From assembly GCA_965116875.1 (NCBI GenBank), contig OZ220733.1, positions 5,056,001-5,120,000 of the forward strand: DNA of 64,000 nucleotides. Direction: 5' to 3'. The notes under the pieces are model-generated. The model searched no databases. It was not told the DNA's origin and saw only the letters and a program-made list of their open reading frames with translations. Each line of letters opens with the position of its first letter. Position 1 is the first letter of the stretch. The position numbers were made by a program, and so were the translations under genes. Below are positions 18,822 through 28,776 of this stretch, in pieces. The stretch is from Candidatus Latescibacterota bacterium (GTDB lineage Bacteria; Latescibacterota; UBA2968; GCA-2709665).

Positions 18822-18897
18822 TGGTGGAGCTGATGGGATTCGAACCCACGACCTCCAGAGTGCGATTCTGGCGCTCTCCCAACTGAGCTACAGCCCC
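18822..18897 (-). tRNA. tRNA-Ala(CGC)
   Basis: GGGGCTGTAGCTCAG...CCAGA-ATCGCAC-TCTGG...GTTCGAATC...CTCCACCA, 76 nt. Confidence 0.96.
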
Positions 18898-18948
18898 ACA
18901 AATGTCGACTACGCGACAGGCAAGGAGCAGGACAAGGACATCCGTTCT

Positions 18949-19326
18949 TCACCCATCGCTTTTTTCGATTGATATTCCGTCTGCCCGCGAGGCCGCTTTC
19001 AGCGCCTCCACGCCCGAAAGCACACGTCCGACGGGGTTCACGGGACTGGCCGGCCGGATCTCGTCTCCCTGGCTGGCGGGAGTTGGACCCCAGAAGATGC
19101 AGAATGCCTTGCCGGGCGGCCAGTAGGCGAGATCGCCCGCTTCCACGGTTTCCTGAGGGTCCTCCGGGTGGGCGGTAACAGGGATCTGAAAGTAAATCTC
19201 GTCGCCCCAGGTGTTGAACCCGCTGCGGATGGGCAAAGCGGCCAGGATCCGGGACGCGGTTTCGGAATCGTTCAGCTCCGCGTCCAGTTCGATCTCCCCC
19301 ACGGTTATCTTGATGGAATGCGCCAT
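18949..19326 (-). CDS. Cyclophilin-like fold protein (DUF369-like)
   Basis: WGDEIYF, GDLAYWPPG-AFCIFWG-TP, PASPVN; start at MAHSIK (the longer ORF runs into the tRNA). Confidence 0.85.
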   Translation of the reverse strand: MAHSIKITVGEIELDAELNDSETASRILAALPIRSGFNTWGDEIYFQIPVTAHPEDPQETVEAGDLAYWPPGKAFCIFWGPTPASQGDEIRPASPVNPVGRVLSGVEALKAASRADGISIEKSDG

Positions 19327-19398
19327 AGGAGGTTTTCCGGACCCGCGAAGCGAGTTTTCGTTGCTCGCCGGAAGACCGGCCGGGACGGGACAGGTTTC

Positions 19399-19491
<93 letters not shown>

Positions 19492-19948
19492 ACAAAAGCG
19501 GTTCGAGATTCAAAAATAGCGGCGGATGGCCGACGTTCGTCTCACTTTCTCCACGACCACAACACACCGCTTTGTCTCATTATTTAAGATACAATATTCG
19601 CCTGATATCCGCAACTTTTTCCCGAGCGAATCCAGATTTACCCCGCCTGCTCCGAAATGTAACATGATCGCTGGTTTTCAGACAGGCTCCCGCGTTGACT
19701 CGATCCACTGGTTTTGCCAGTTTCCCTGGATCAGTCGGTGTTGGAATGAACAACGACAGGAATGCCGAGGCAGACTTTGACGGAGAACCGCACCATCTGT
19801 TGGAACGGACTCACGCGGACCCGGTCATGCGACGACGACGAAGCCAATAACCGGCACGCTCTTGCCGACGCGGCCAGAGATGGCGAATGGAGGCGTGACA
19901 GGATTGTTGTCCATAAGATATTGATTATTAAGACTGTTATTGGAAATT

Positions 19949-20039
<91 letters not shown>

Positions 20040-20096
20040 GCTCGAATGCGGGGACACGCCTGAAAACCGTTCGCGACACCGGGTTCCGGTGTCGCG

Positions 20097-20573
20097 TTAC
20101 GCGTTTTTCCGGCGCAAATCTTGAAAGAACCGCTTCAATACCTCCGTACAGGGTTCTTCGAGGACGGATCGACGAACGTCGATCCGGTGGTTGAGCCTCG
20201 GGTCGTCGACCACGTTTCGCAGGGAGCCGCAGGCGCCGGTCTTCGGATCGTCCGCGCCGAACACCAGCCGGGACACCCGCGCCAGCACCAGCGCACCCGC
20301 ACACATCGCGCACGGTTCCAGCGTGACGCAGACAACGCAGTCCGTGAGCCACTTCATTCCGGTGCGCGACGTGGCGGACCGGATGGCCAGCATCTCCGCG
20401 TGCGCCGTGGGATCGTTGTCCCTCAGAATGCGGTTCTGACCCCGGCCGATCACTTCCCCGTTCAACAGAATCACCGCGCCGACCGGCACCTCGCCTGCAT
20501 CGCCCGCGCCACGCGCTTCGGCAAGCGCCAGTTCCATTCCGGCTTCGTCCGCGTCGGTCAATGCGCGCACCAC
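20097..20573 (-). CDS. tadA: tRNA adenosine(34) deaminase
   Basis: EVPVGA, DPTAHAE, TLEPCAMC, D-KTGA-GS, LNH. Confidence 0.95.
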   Translation of the reverse strand: MVRALTDADEAGMELALAEARGAGDAGEVPVGAVILLNGEVIGRGQNRILRDNDPTAHAEMLAIRSATSRTGMKWLTDCVVCVTLEPCAMCAGALVLARVSRLVFGADDPKTGACGSLRNVVDDPRLNHRIDVRRSVLEEPCTEVLKRFFQDLRRKNA

Positions 20574-20717
20574 CCAGGCGGAAAATCGTCTACCGAATAT
20601 CTACTTGAACGTCCGACAAAATTACCGGTTTCCGGGCTCGACGTCAACCATTTTCCCGCGGGAAGGGGGCCTTGCGGACGGGTCGATACAGCCTGAATGC
20701 CCTTTGGATATCCTGTG

Positions 20718-22028
20718 TCACCGGCGTCTGCCCAGCCTCGAGATGAAGAAGGGGATCAACATCTCCCGCTCGTGCAGCCCTCCGTGGCGGCCGCCCGCGA
20801 TATCGGACGGAACGGCGTCGTCCCTGTACGGGTGGAACAGCGTGGCGCTGCCGCGCATCAGTGCAAGCACGTCGCCGATCCGGCCTGACAGCTCGGGCGC
20901 GCGCGGTCCGCTTCCCCACAGGCCGTCGGCGAGCGCGCGCCGGGTCTCCACAATGCACGCCGATCCGGCCAGCCCGGATTCAAGAGCAGACATGACATCC
21001 CCCACAGCGCCGTCGCGCACGTGAAAATACGCCGACCGCGCCGTACCGGTCGGCGGGGCCGCGAGCCGGTGCTTTAAGCCAGGTACCTCCGCGACCTGTA
21101 CGATGTCCTCCTCGTCCACTTGAATATGCCCGTGGTCGGCAAGGAGCATGAACGCGGCGCTCACATCGTGCACTTCGAGTGGCGAAAGCAGTTCTCTTTC
21201 AAGCGAGTAGCCCAGGCTGTAGATCTCACCCTCGGGTTCTTCCCCCCTTGTGCCGTATCTGTGCTGGATCGTGTCCAGCGTGTCCGTATACAACCAGATA
21301 CACGCCGGTCGACCCGGGTCCGCGGTGAGCATGCTCCGAACCTGGCTGAACATATCCGACGCGTTCACGAACGGGACCACGTCCGTGGCGCCGTCGTACA
21401 GCATCTCCGAAAGGCCGCTGTGCGCCAGCGATCGGTGAATCAGACAACGGGAAGAGACGCCCGCCGCCATCAGCAGGCTGTGTACCGTGGGCACGCCCAG
21501 CAGCGCCCGGGCGTCCGTGCTGTTGGGCAGCATGCGGCCGAACCGTTCGTCCGCCTCCGGGCTCAGCCGGATCATATTCGCCACGTATCCCCGGTCCGGC
21601 ATGTACATCCTGTATCCCGCAACGCCGTGCCCGGCAGGCGGCAGCCCCGTATGAAACGACGATAGCGCGGCCGCGGTTGTCGAAGGAAATACCGACGTGA
21701 GCGGTGCGAACCTTCCCCGATCCGCCAGGGCGTGGAACCCGGGCACGCGGCCCGATTGCATCGCCCGCGACAGGGTCAGAAAACCCAGTGCGTCCACCAG
21801 GGTGATGACCAGCTTCTCCGCGCCGTCCAGTTCGCCGCCCACGACGTCGTCAGCCAGCCCCGGCGACCGGATCCCGCCGATGCCGAAATGCCGCAATACG
21901 GCAGGCGCCACGTTCGCCAGGCTGAACCCGTCGTACGCGGGCCACACGAACTCATCCGGCAGCGTCAGGTTTCCGATACGTGCAGTACGCCGCAGCCGCT
22001 TCAGAATCCGCTGTGCAATCGGATTCAA
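20718..22028 (-). CDS. Alkaline phosphatase superfamily nucleotide pyrophosphatase/phosphodiesterase
   Basis: LVDALG, SVFPSTT nucleophile, D-IQH-YG, ADHGH, GRHGG; TTG start inferred. Confidence 0.85.
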   Translation of the reverse strand: MNPIAQRILKRLRRTARIGNLTLPDEFVWPAYDGFSLANVAPAVLRHFGIGGIRSPGLADDVVGGELDGAEKLVITLVDALGFLTLSRAMQSGRVPGFHALADRGRFAPLTSVFPSTTAAALSSFHTGLPPAGHGVAGYRMYMPDRGYVANMIRLSPEADERFGRMLPNSTDARALLGVPTVHSLLMAAGVSSRCLIHRSLAHSGLSEMLYDGATDVVPFVNASDMFSQVRSMLTADPGRPACIWLYTDTLDTIQHRYGTRGEEPEGEIYSLGYSLERELLSPLEVHDVSAAFMLLADHGHIQVDEEDIVQVAEVPGLKHRLAAPPTGTARSAYFHVRDGAVGDVMSALESGLAGSACIVETRRALADGLWGSGPRAPELSGRIGDVLALMRGSATLFHPYRDDAVPSDIAGGRHGGLHEREMLIPFFISRLGRRR

Positions 22029-22259
22029 CTCATCTCCGTGCGAAGGGGTTGACGTCTCGAAACGACAGGGCCTCAAATTAGACCGCGCCCGGCCTGAAGT
22101 CAAGGCCGAATGACAACACAAAGACGTCCGCCGATATCCCTTCTACCGTAGTAAAGTACGGCACATTGTGTCTCGTCGCCGAAGGCCGCGAAGACCGATT
22201 TTATGCTTGACACCACAGGCGCCTTGTGGTAATTTCTTCCCGCTCATGGCACTCAGGGT

Positions 22260-22335
22260 TCCGGCGTAGCTCAGCTGGCAGAGCGGGTGGCTGTTAACCA
22301 CTAGGTCGTAGGTTCGAGTCCTACCGCCGGAGCCA
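22260..22335 (+). tRNA. tRNA-Asn(GTT)
   Basis: TCCGGCG acceptor, GTGG-CTGTTAA-CCAC, GTTCGAGTC, GCCA; TTGACA-17-TAATTT promoter upstream. Confidence 0.96.
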
Positions 22336-22428
22336 ATTTTTCGATCGTCATCGCAGGCAATTGAACCAGAGATTCGAAGCCCCGCGGGATACATCCTCCG
22401 GGGCATCGTCGTATAAGGAAACAGATCG

Positions 22429-23106
22429 ATGTTCACTCGCCTTCGGGCGTTGCTCGCGTGTCTCGCGCTGCTGTGGAGCTGCGCTGACCCGGAAATGCGT
22501 GAGTCGCCCGGATCCGATGGATCCGAATTGAAAGCCGCGGGCGGCGCGGCGGTCGTCAATCCGAATCTCGCGGGAGCCGATGAACTGAACGCACTCCCCG
22601 GTATGAGCCAGGAACTGGCCGGTGCGATCCGCCAGCAGCGCCCTTTCACTGATATGGAAGCGCTGCACTCGGTAGTCACAAGCCACCTGAGCCGGGAGGA
22701 AGCGGAAAAGCTCTACGTGCGGATGTTCGTTCCGATCAACCTGAACGGGGCCAGCAATACGGAGTTGCTCCTGGTGCCGGGCGTGGGCGAGCGGATCGCG
22801 CACGAGTTCGAAGAGTACCGCCCGTATACGGCCATCGCCCAGTGGCGGCGTGAGATGGGCAAATACGTGGACGACGCCGAAATCGAACGCATGGGGAGAT
22901 ACGTCTACGTGCCCATCGACCTGAACACGGCCACCGAAGAGGAGATCCTCGCCATCCCCGGCGTGGGCAGGCGTATGGCCCACGAGTTCGAAGAGTATCG
23001 TCCGTATACGAGCATCGAGCAGTTCCGGCGTGAAATCGGCAAGTACGTGGACGACCGCGAGGTCACGCGCCTGGAACGGTACGTCGAGATTCGACCAGGG
23101 AATTAG
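22429..23106 (+). CDS. ComEA-like helix-hairpin-helix repeat lipoprotein
   Basis: Lipobox-like LWSC; three ~60-aa units with N-A---EL--(L/V/I)PG; two share AHEFEEYRPYT. Confidence 0.8.
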   Translation: MFTRLRALLACLALLWSCADPEMRESPGSDGSELKAAGGAAVVNPNLAGADELNALPGMSQELAGAIRQQRPFTDMEALHSVVTSHLSREEAEKLYVRMFVPINLNGASNTELLLVPGVGERIAHEFEEYRPYTAIAQWRREMGKYVDDAEIERMGRYVYVPIDLNTATEEEILAIPGVGRRMAHEFEEYRPYTSIEQFRREIGKYVDDREVTRLERYVEIRPGN

Positions 23107-23145
23107 GACCGATCAGCCTCGGCTTGCTTTCCGCTCGTCGTATAG

Positions 23146-23180
23146 AAAGACCCCGCAGGCAATCTGCCGGCGGGGTTTTG
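23146..23180 (+). terminator. Intrinsic terminator
   Basis: AAAGACCCCGC...GCGGGGTTTT after the HhH gene. Confidence 0.6.
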
Positions 23181-23391
23181 TCGTATCTGCTATTTTAATA
23201 TTCAGTTACGAGTGATTTCGATCTTGATCCACCGGATAGTTTCATGGGTGTCCCCTTATTCTTAAAAGATATCGTCCATTGATAGATCCGACACGCAATC
23301 TACGTCATTTGCGGGAAATTCGGCGGACTGTCTGCGACCACGGCTGCCCAGGACAGGAACCGATTTAGCACCGGTGTGGTTTGCGATCCCG

Positions 23392-23418
23392 GGAGCGAGG
23401 GCATCCTGCCCTCGCTCC
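23392..23418. repeat. REP-like perfect palindrome
   Basis: GGAGCGAGGGCA-TCC-TGCCCTCGCTCC. Confidence 0.55.
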
Positions 23419-23506
23419 GGTTACAGGTGGATCATCTCGTGATAGCTGTTGGAAAAGACAATGTTGGACAGGAGTAATCTGCGACCGTGAATCACGCCTC
23501 TTCGGC

Positions 23507-23833
23507 TTACGCTCCGACCCGTAGCCGGCCGTGTTGCGCCGAACGGTTTTCACGGATGACGATATCCACATTACGTCCCAGCTTTGTCAAAAGGCGCAGC
23601 AAACGCTCCATTGAGTATTCCGTGAAGTCGCCCCGCAACAGGCGCGACACATCGGGTTGAGAAAGCCCGAGCAGCTCGGCCGCCTCAGCCTGCTTGAGGC
23701 CGCGCTGGCGAATGATCCTGTCGATCCGCGTAACCAGTTCGGCTTTAAGCAGGTGCGCGTCGGCATCCGGAAGTCCCAGATCGGCGAACACGTTTCCGCT
23801 GCCGCGTTCGATCTTGACATTTTCCGATTTCAT
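23507..23833 (-). CDS. XRE-family HTH antitoxin-like protein (no toxin seen)
   Basis: GSGNVFADLG, L-Q-EAA-LLG-SQP-VS-L-RG, S-ERL; start MKSENVK with GGAGG. Confidence 0.88.
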   Translation of the reverse strand: MKSENVKIERGSGNVFADLGLPDADAHLLKAELVTRIDRIIRQRGLKQAEAAELLGLSQPDVSRLLRGDFTEYSMERLLRLLTKLGRNVDIVIRENRSAQHGRLRVGA

Positions 23834-24210
23834 CGATCTACCCTCCATTCGACTGGTCTCGGTGCGCCAGCGACCATGTCTCGATATAGTGAATCCGCCA
23901 TATTTGTGCAACCTTTTTGATTGTGCCGTTAGCTGCTGTCGTCGCCGCCGGGTCGAAACCTGGCATGCCTCACCGATACCCTTCACGATGCGCCGGCCAA
24001 GCTTCTATCCGATATCGGTGCGGTTTCCTGTTGCCTGTGAAACTTCGAGATTGACCTGGTACCTTCTACTTCATATATAGAGAGTGCGGATATGCAGTTC
24101 GTACCACAACGGCCCGAAAATCCGCCGGCTGAATGGTCTGCCTTCCCCTGCCGGAGTTGCGGATTGCATTGATTCATATTGGAAGCAGTTACGCGTGACG
24201 GAACGACATT

Positions 24211-25260
24211 ATGCAGCGCACCTACAGAGCCTGCCTGATCGGATGCGGACGGATGGGGGCGACAATTGACGACGAAGTCGAAGGCCGTCCGGATCGCTTT
24301 CTGTGGCAACCGTTCTCGCACGCCGCAGCCGCTGTCGCTTGTGACAGAACCAATCTCGTAGCCGTTTCAGACGTTGTCGCCGGGAAAGCGGAATCCGTAC
24401 GGCAACGCTACGGCGCCGGGCGCGCCTACACCGACTATCGGCAGATGATCGAAAAAGAGAAGCCGGACATCGTCTGCATCGCCACCCGCCCCGGACCGCA
24501 CGCGGATATCACGGTCTTCGCCGCTGAAAACGACGTCAAGGGCATCTACTGCGAAAAGCCGCTATGCTGTTCGATGGAGGAAGCGGATGCGATGGTCGAC
24601 GTTGTTCAAGGGCACGGGGTCAAATTCAACTACGGTACGCAGCGGCGGTATATGCCAGTTTATCGCAAGGTACGCGAACTGGTGGATGCCGGCGAAATCG
24701 GCAATATCCAGTGCACGATCGCACAATACGGCGCGAGTTCCGCACTCTGGGGCCTGACGCACGCCGCCGATATGCTGCTCTTCCTCGCCGGCGACCCTGA
24801 AGTCGACTTCGTCCAGGGAACGGTTGTTTGCAGCGATTCGGATTGGGACGGCAATCGGCTGGACGTCGATCCGGCGATTACAAGTGGCTACGTACGTTTT
24901 GCCAATGGTGTCCACGGCTATAACACGGTGGGCACCGGTCCCGAATTCGAGGTCTGCGGCAGCGAAGGGAAGATCCGCATCCTCAACAACAGCCGGGAAT
25001 GCCAACTCCGCAAAAGGAGCCATGTCTTCTTTGAAGAGGCGCCGTTCCCGGACGTACCCCGAGCCACCGGAACCGTGATGGGCATCACGGACGTCGCAGA
25101 GGCGATTGATACGGACCGCGAGACAAAGGGACCGGTCCACCTCGCTCGCCGGAGCCAGGAGATGTTGATGGGCATGATCGAGTCGCACCGGTTGGGCGGG
25201 CAACGCGTCGCGCTCCCAATGACCGATCGGAGCCTGTACGTCGGCCGCAAAGACTGGTAA
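24211..25260 (+). CDS. Gfo/Idh/MocA family oxidoreductase
   Basis: LIGCGRMG Rossmann fold, CEKP, H-AD catalytic motif. Confidence 0.9.
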   Translation: MQRTYRACLIGCGRMGATIDDEVEGRPDRFLWQPFSHAAAAVACDRTNLVAVSDVVAGKAESVRQRYGAGRAYTDYRQMIEKEKPDIVCIATRPGPHADITVFAAENDVKGIYCEKPLCCSMEEADAMVDVVQGHGVKFNYGTQRRYMPVYRKVRELVDAGEIGNIQCTIAQYGASSALWGLTHAADMLLFLAGDPEVDFVQGTVVCSDSDWDGNRLDVDPAITSGYVRFANGVHGYNTVGTGPEFEVCGSEGKIRILNNSRECQLRKRSHVFFEEAPFPDVPRATGTVMGITDVAEAIDTDRETKGPVHLARRSQEMLMGMIESHRLGGQRVALPMTDRSLYVGRKDW

Positions 25261-25288
25261 CCTCGCTGAATTCAGGGGCGGAGACGAA

Positions 25289-25478
25289 CCCTGATTCGTA
25301 ATTCTTCGGGAACGTTAATTCGTACATGTGCAAGTTGATAGAGGCGATTCAACTGCGGATAACCAGGATACGCCAGGTCACTGGATGTAACGGAAAAAAA
25401 CGTCCTTCTATGCGTCGATAACGCCCCGTATCGGAGGGTTTTATCGCGTCGCTGCGTTGCCGTTTTTTCGGGTTGAGG
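25289..25478. mobile_element. 190-bp MITE, diverged copy of the element at 37334-37523
   Basis: Same length and colinear blocks (ACGTTAATTCG, AGGCGATT-AACTGC, ACCAGGATAC-CCAGG-CACTG, AACGGAAAAAA, GCGTTGC, AGG-TTAA). Confidence 0.8.
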
Positions 25479-25509
25479 TTAATTCGACAAACCGTGGAGA
25501 CCACAGCGC

Positions 25510-27153
25510 GTGCACGAAATCGATTTTCTCGGGGACCTCATAATCATACTGGGTTCGGCGGTCCTGGTGGCAACGGTACTGCGCCGCGCGGGCATCCCGT
25601 CGATCGCCGGTTTGATTCTTGCCGGTATGCTGGCGGGACCCACGGCACTCGGTCTGGTGGACGACACGTACCAGGTGGAGATGATGGCCGAGGTCGGAAT
25701 CGTCCTGCTGCTCTTCGGGATCGGCCTGGAACTCTCGCTCAGCCATATGCGGCGCATGTGGAACGCCATCCTGCTGGGAGGCGGTATCCAGGTGGCCGTC
25801 ACGATCCTCTGCACCGCTCTGGCGGCGGGCTGGTTTGGCATGACGCCAGGGCCTGCCGTGTTTCTGGGTTTCATCGTAGCGGTCTCCAGCACGGCCATTG
25901 TACTGCGAGGACTTTCGAGCCGCGGTGAACTGGACGCGCCGCACGGACGGCTTGCCGTGGGGATCCTCATCTTCCAGGACCTGTGTGTGGTTCCGATGAT
26001 CCTGGCCGTGCCGTTTCTGGCAGGTCAGGATGGTACCACGTGGGAAATCGCGGCCGTAGCCGCCACGGGTCTCGCCATTCTGGCCGGCGTGCTTGTTGCA
26101 GCCAATCGAATTGTGCCCTACATACTCGCATTTGTTGCCAGATCGCGCGAGAGAGAGTTGTTCGTACTCACGGTGTTTCTCGTGTGCTTCGGCATTGCGT
26201 GGATTCTGTCCATGGCGGGTATATCGCTCGCGCTCGGGGCGTTCCTTGCGGGTCTGGTCGTCGCGGGCAGCGAGTTTCGTCACCAGGCGATGTCAGACCT
26301 GATACCCGTGCGCGAAGCCTTCGCCAGCCTCTTTTTCGTATCCGTGGGCATGCTGCTGGATATTTCTGAGGTGTTCGCGCACCTGCTTCCGACGCTCGGG
26401 CTCTGCGCGATCATTCTCGCGGGAAAGTTCGTCATCGTACTCGGGATGGGCCTGATCCTCCGGCTACCACTCCGCGTCGCAATCCTTTCCGCGGCAACGC
26501 TGTGTCAGATCGGCGAGTTCTCGTTCGTACTCCTGAATGCGGCCTCGGGGACCGGCCTCCTGGACGCCGCATTGTCTGATAACCTCCTGCTCGCGATCAT
26601 CCTGTCCATGTTGCTCACACCCATCGCCATCGCCCTCGCCCCTCACCTGGCGCTTGGCGTCACCCGCATTCCGTGGCTCAACCGGATCCTGGACGCCGAG
26701 CCCCCCGGGATCGATACGCACGAACCGCACAACGACCACGTTATCGTCGCCGGATACGGCCGGGCGGGCCGGGAGGTCTGCCACGCGGCCCGGGACGCGG
26801 GGTTCGCCTGCGTCGCGGTTGACGTCAACGTGGACAACGTCCGCCGGGCGCATGCCGCAGGAGACCTGGCGGTGTACGGCGACGTTACCCAGCGGGAAGT
26901 CCTGGAAGAACTCGGGTGCAAGGATGCCCGTCTGGTTGTGGTGACGATTAACGACACCCGCGCAACCGAGATTGCCGTCCGCGCGATTCGCCGCGTGGCC
27001 CCGGACACCCCCGTCATCGCCCGTACCCTGTACGATATGGACGAGAGCTCACTCCGTGCCGCAGGCGCCACACGTGTCATCACGGCCGAAGCAACCACCA
27101 GCCACGTCGTGGTCGACACCTGCCTCGAGGAACTGGGAGGGGAAGACGGGTAG
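25510..27153 (+). CDS. CPA2-family cation:proton antiporter with C-terminal TrkA-N (KefC/YbaL-like)
   Basis: GIVLLLFGIGLE, SSTAIV, FQD, LGAFLAG, GEFSF, AGYGRAG. Confidence 0.92.
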   Translation: MHEIDFLGDLIIILGSAVLVATVLRRAGIPSIAGLILAGMLAGPTALGLVDDTYQVEMMAEVGIVLLLFGIGLELSLSHMRRMWNAILLGGGIQVAVTILCTALAAGWFGMTPGPAVFLGFIVAVSSTAIVLRGLSSRGELDAPHGRLAVGILIFQDLCVVPMILAVPFLAGQDGTTWEIAAVAATGLAILAGVLVAANRIVPYILAFVARSRERELFVLTVFLVCFGIAWILSMAGISLALGAFLAGLVVAGSEFRHQAMSDLIPVREAFASLFFVSVGMLLDISEVFAHLLPTLGLCAIILAGKFVIVLGMGLILRLPLRVAILSAATLCQIGEFSFVLLNAASGTGLLDAALSDNLLLAIILSMLLTPIAIALAPHLALGVTRIPWLNRILDAEPPGIDTHEPHNDHVIVAGYGRAGREVCHAARDAGFACVAVDVNVDNVRRAHAAGDLAVYGDVTQREVLEELGCKDARLVVVTINDTRATEIAVRAIRRVAPDTPVIARTLYDMDESSLRAAGATRVITAEATTSHVVVDTCLEELGGEDG

Positions 27154-27423
27154 AGGTGGAGATAGCTTATCCAGATGATACTCCCGCACCGAGAGACTCT
27201 CAGGGAGAAAGCCAAAGGAGACTTCACCGGGAACGAGACCGGCAGGGTCCGTTTGGTCTTCTTACCTCTCGCCTCTTGCGCCTGACGGATTTTATTGGAG
27301 CGAGGGCCCGGAAGCCGGGTCTCACTCATAAAAGACTCCCGGATTGTCTCCAACCATAAACCTACTGACCAATCACAGGAAGCACCCTATAGTTTACAGA
27401 TTTGTACACCGTTGGCACGGAAT

Positions 27424-27535
27424 CCTGAGCCGCTCCCTGAGCTTGCGGTCCCTGAGCCTGTCGAAGGGTCGAAGGGTCGGCGAAAGGTCAGAAAGGCACC
27501 GAAACGCGGGTGCTTCGAGATTTCGACAAGCTCAA
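27424..27535. repeat. Cluster of nested CCTGAGCYTGTCGAAGG REP-like repeats
   Basis: Three CCTGAGC starts, two TCGAAGGG ends and an inverted TTCGACAAGCTCA; related copy at 32790-32806. Confidence 0.65.
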
Positions 27536-27817
27536 TCCAGGCGAGCTCAGCGTCCACGCTTGGGGTTGTTTCCTCCCCTATTGTAGCAGGAACTATAGAT
27601 GTCAGCAATTCGCTGCGCCTGGCAAGAATAAACCCGATGACAATACGCATTGGGAGCTTTTTTCATTGACCATCGGGTCGAAAGTGTTGCAATATGCACG
27701 ACAACTGTCGCAAAATGCGACAGTTACACTAACGACTTGATGGACTACGAATCTTGAATCATACGTATTCTCGTAGCGCCAATTCGTTAATCATGGATTC
27801 AGGAAACAGAGATTCCA

Positions 27818-28582
27818 ATGAACGACCCCCATGTCGTCGCTCTATTCTACAATATTGAGCATGGAAACACGGTGAACTACGACGAAGCCAACCCGCTTGT
27901 TGTGGAAGAAAGCGCATTTCGTCTTGAAGTGGCGGACAAAAAAGCGTCGTTTTTCCTGAAAGATCATCACGCGCAGGAAGACGAAGCCCTTGGATCCATT
28001 GAGGAATATATTCGAACTTGGGAGTTTGATGCTTGCTTGAACGGCGGGCCTGATTACTTCAAGTTGAACTTCGAACGAGCCGAGATTGTGGACCGGAATC
28101 CTCAACCGAGTGTGCCTGGAATTGTAGAACCATCGCCAGTGACATTCCGACCGGCATCCGCGTCGGTTGCTGTTTCCAAAGTCGTTAGTAGGTACCCATC
28201 ACCACCAAATAATGTCGTTCTGAATCCCGACGTACAGACGATGTTTGATCGTTTTATGGGGTATCGCAGAGGGCACGAGCCGATAACTGGGATGGCATAT
28301 TTCTGCCATACTTTCATTATGCATATGGGAAAGGGATCCGCAGCTGAACATTTCCAGATTAGCAAGAAAGTGCTTAAAAGGATCCGGAAACTTTCTTCAA
28401 AAAAGGGTGGTCCAAGTGGAGCCAGAAAGCACAATGGAATCGCGGAGGATTTGACGACGGAAGAACGACAATTTCTGGACGAGGCTATCCGAACGATCAT
28501 CCACCGAGTCGCGGAGAAGGCTAGAACACCGGAGATACGCCTGACGCAGATCACGTTATCAGATTTGCAGCAATCTCAGTAG
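27818..28582 (+). CDS. Hypothetical protein (lower GC)
   Basis: 254-aa ORF with normal globular composition; no motif recognised with certainty. Confidence 0.75.
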   Translation: MNDPHVVALFYNIEHGNTVNYDEANPLVVEESAFRLEVADKKASFFLKDHHAQEDEALGSIEEYIRTWEFDACLNGGPDYFKLNFERAEIVDRNPQPSVPGIVEPSPVTFRPASASVAVSKVVSRYPSPPNNVVLNPDVQTMFDRFMGYRRGHEPITGMAYFCHTFIMHMGKGSAAEHFQISKKVLKRIRKLSSKKGGPSGARKHNGIAEDLTTEERQFLDEAIRTIIHRVAEKARTPEIRLTQITLSDLQQSQ

Positions 28583-28776
28583 TTCGTCTTGGCTTTGTTC
28601 GGAAACTCTCCCTAATTTTCCCGGTGACTCTGTGTTGAAATTATCAACCAAACGGGAATGCAAAGTTGTTCACCCGGCGTGGCGACGTTGGTTCTGCGTT
28701 CGTGAAACGTGTTGTTAGTTTTCTGGTGCGTTATTGGAGTAACCACAAATAGTGTTATTGACAAAACAGGTGAAGA

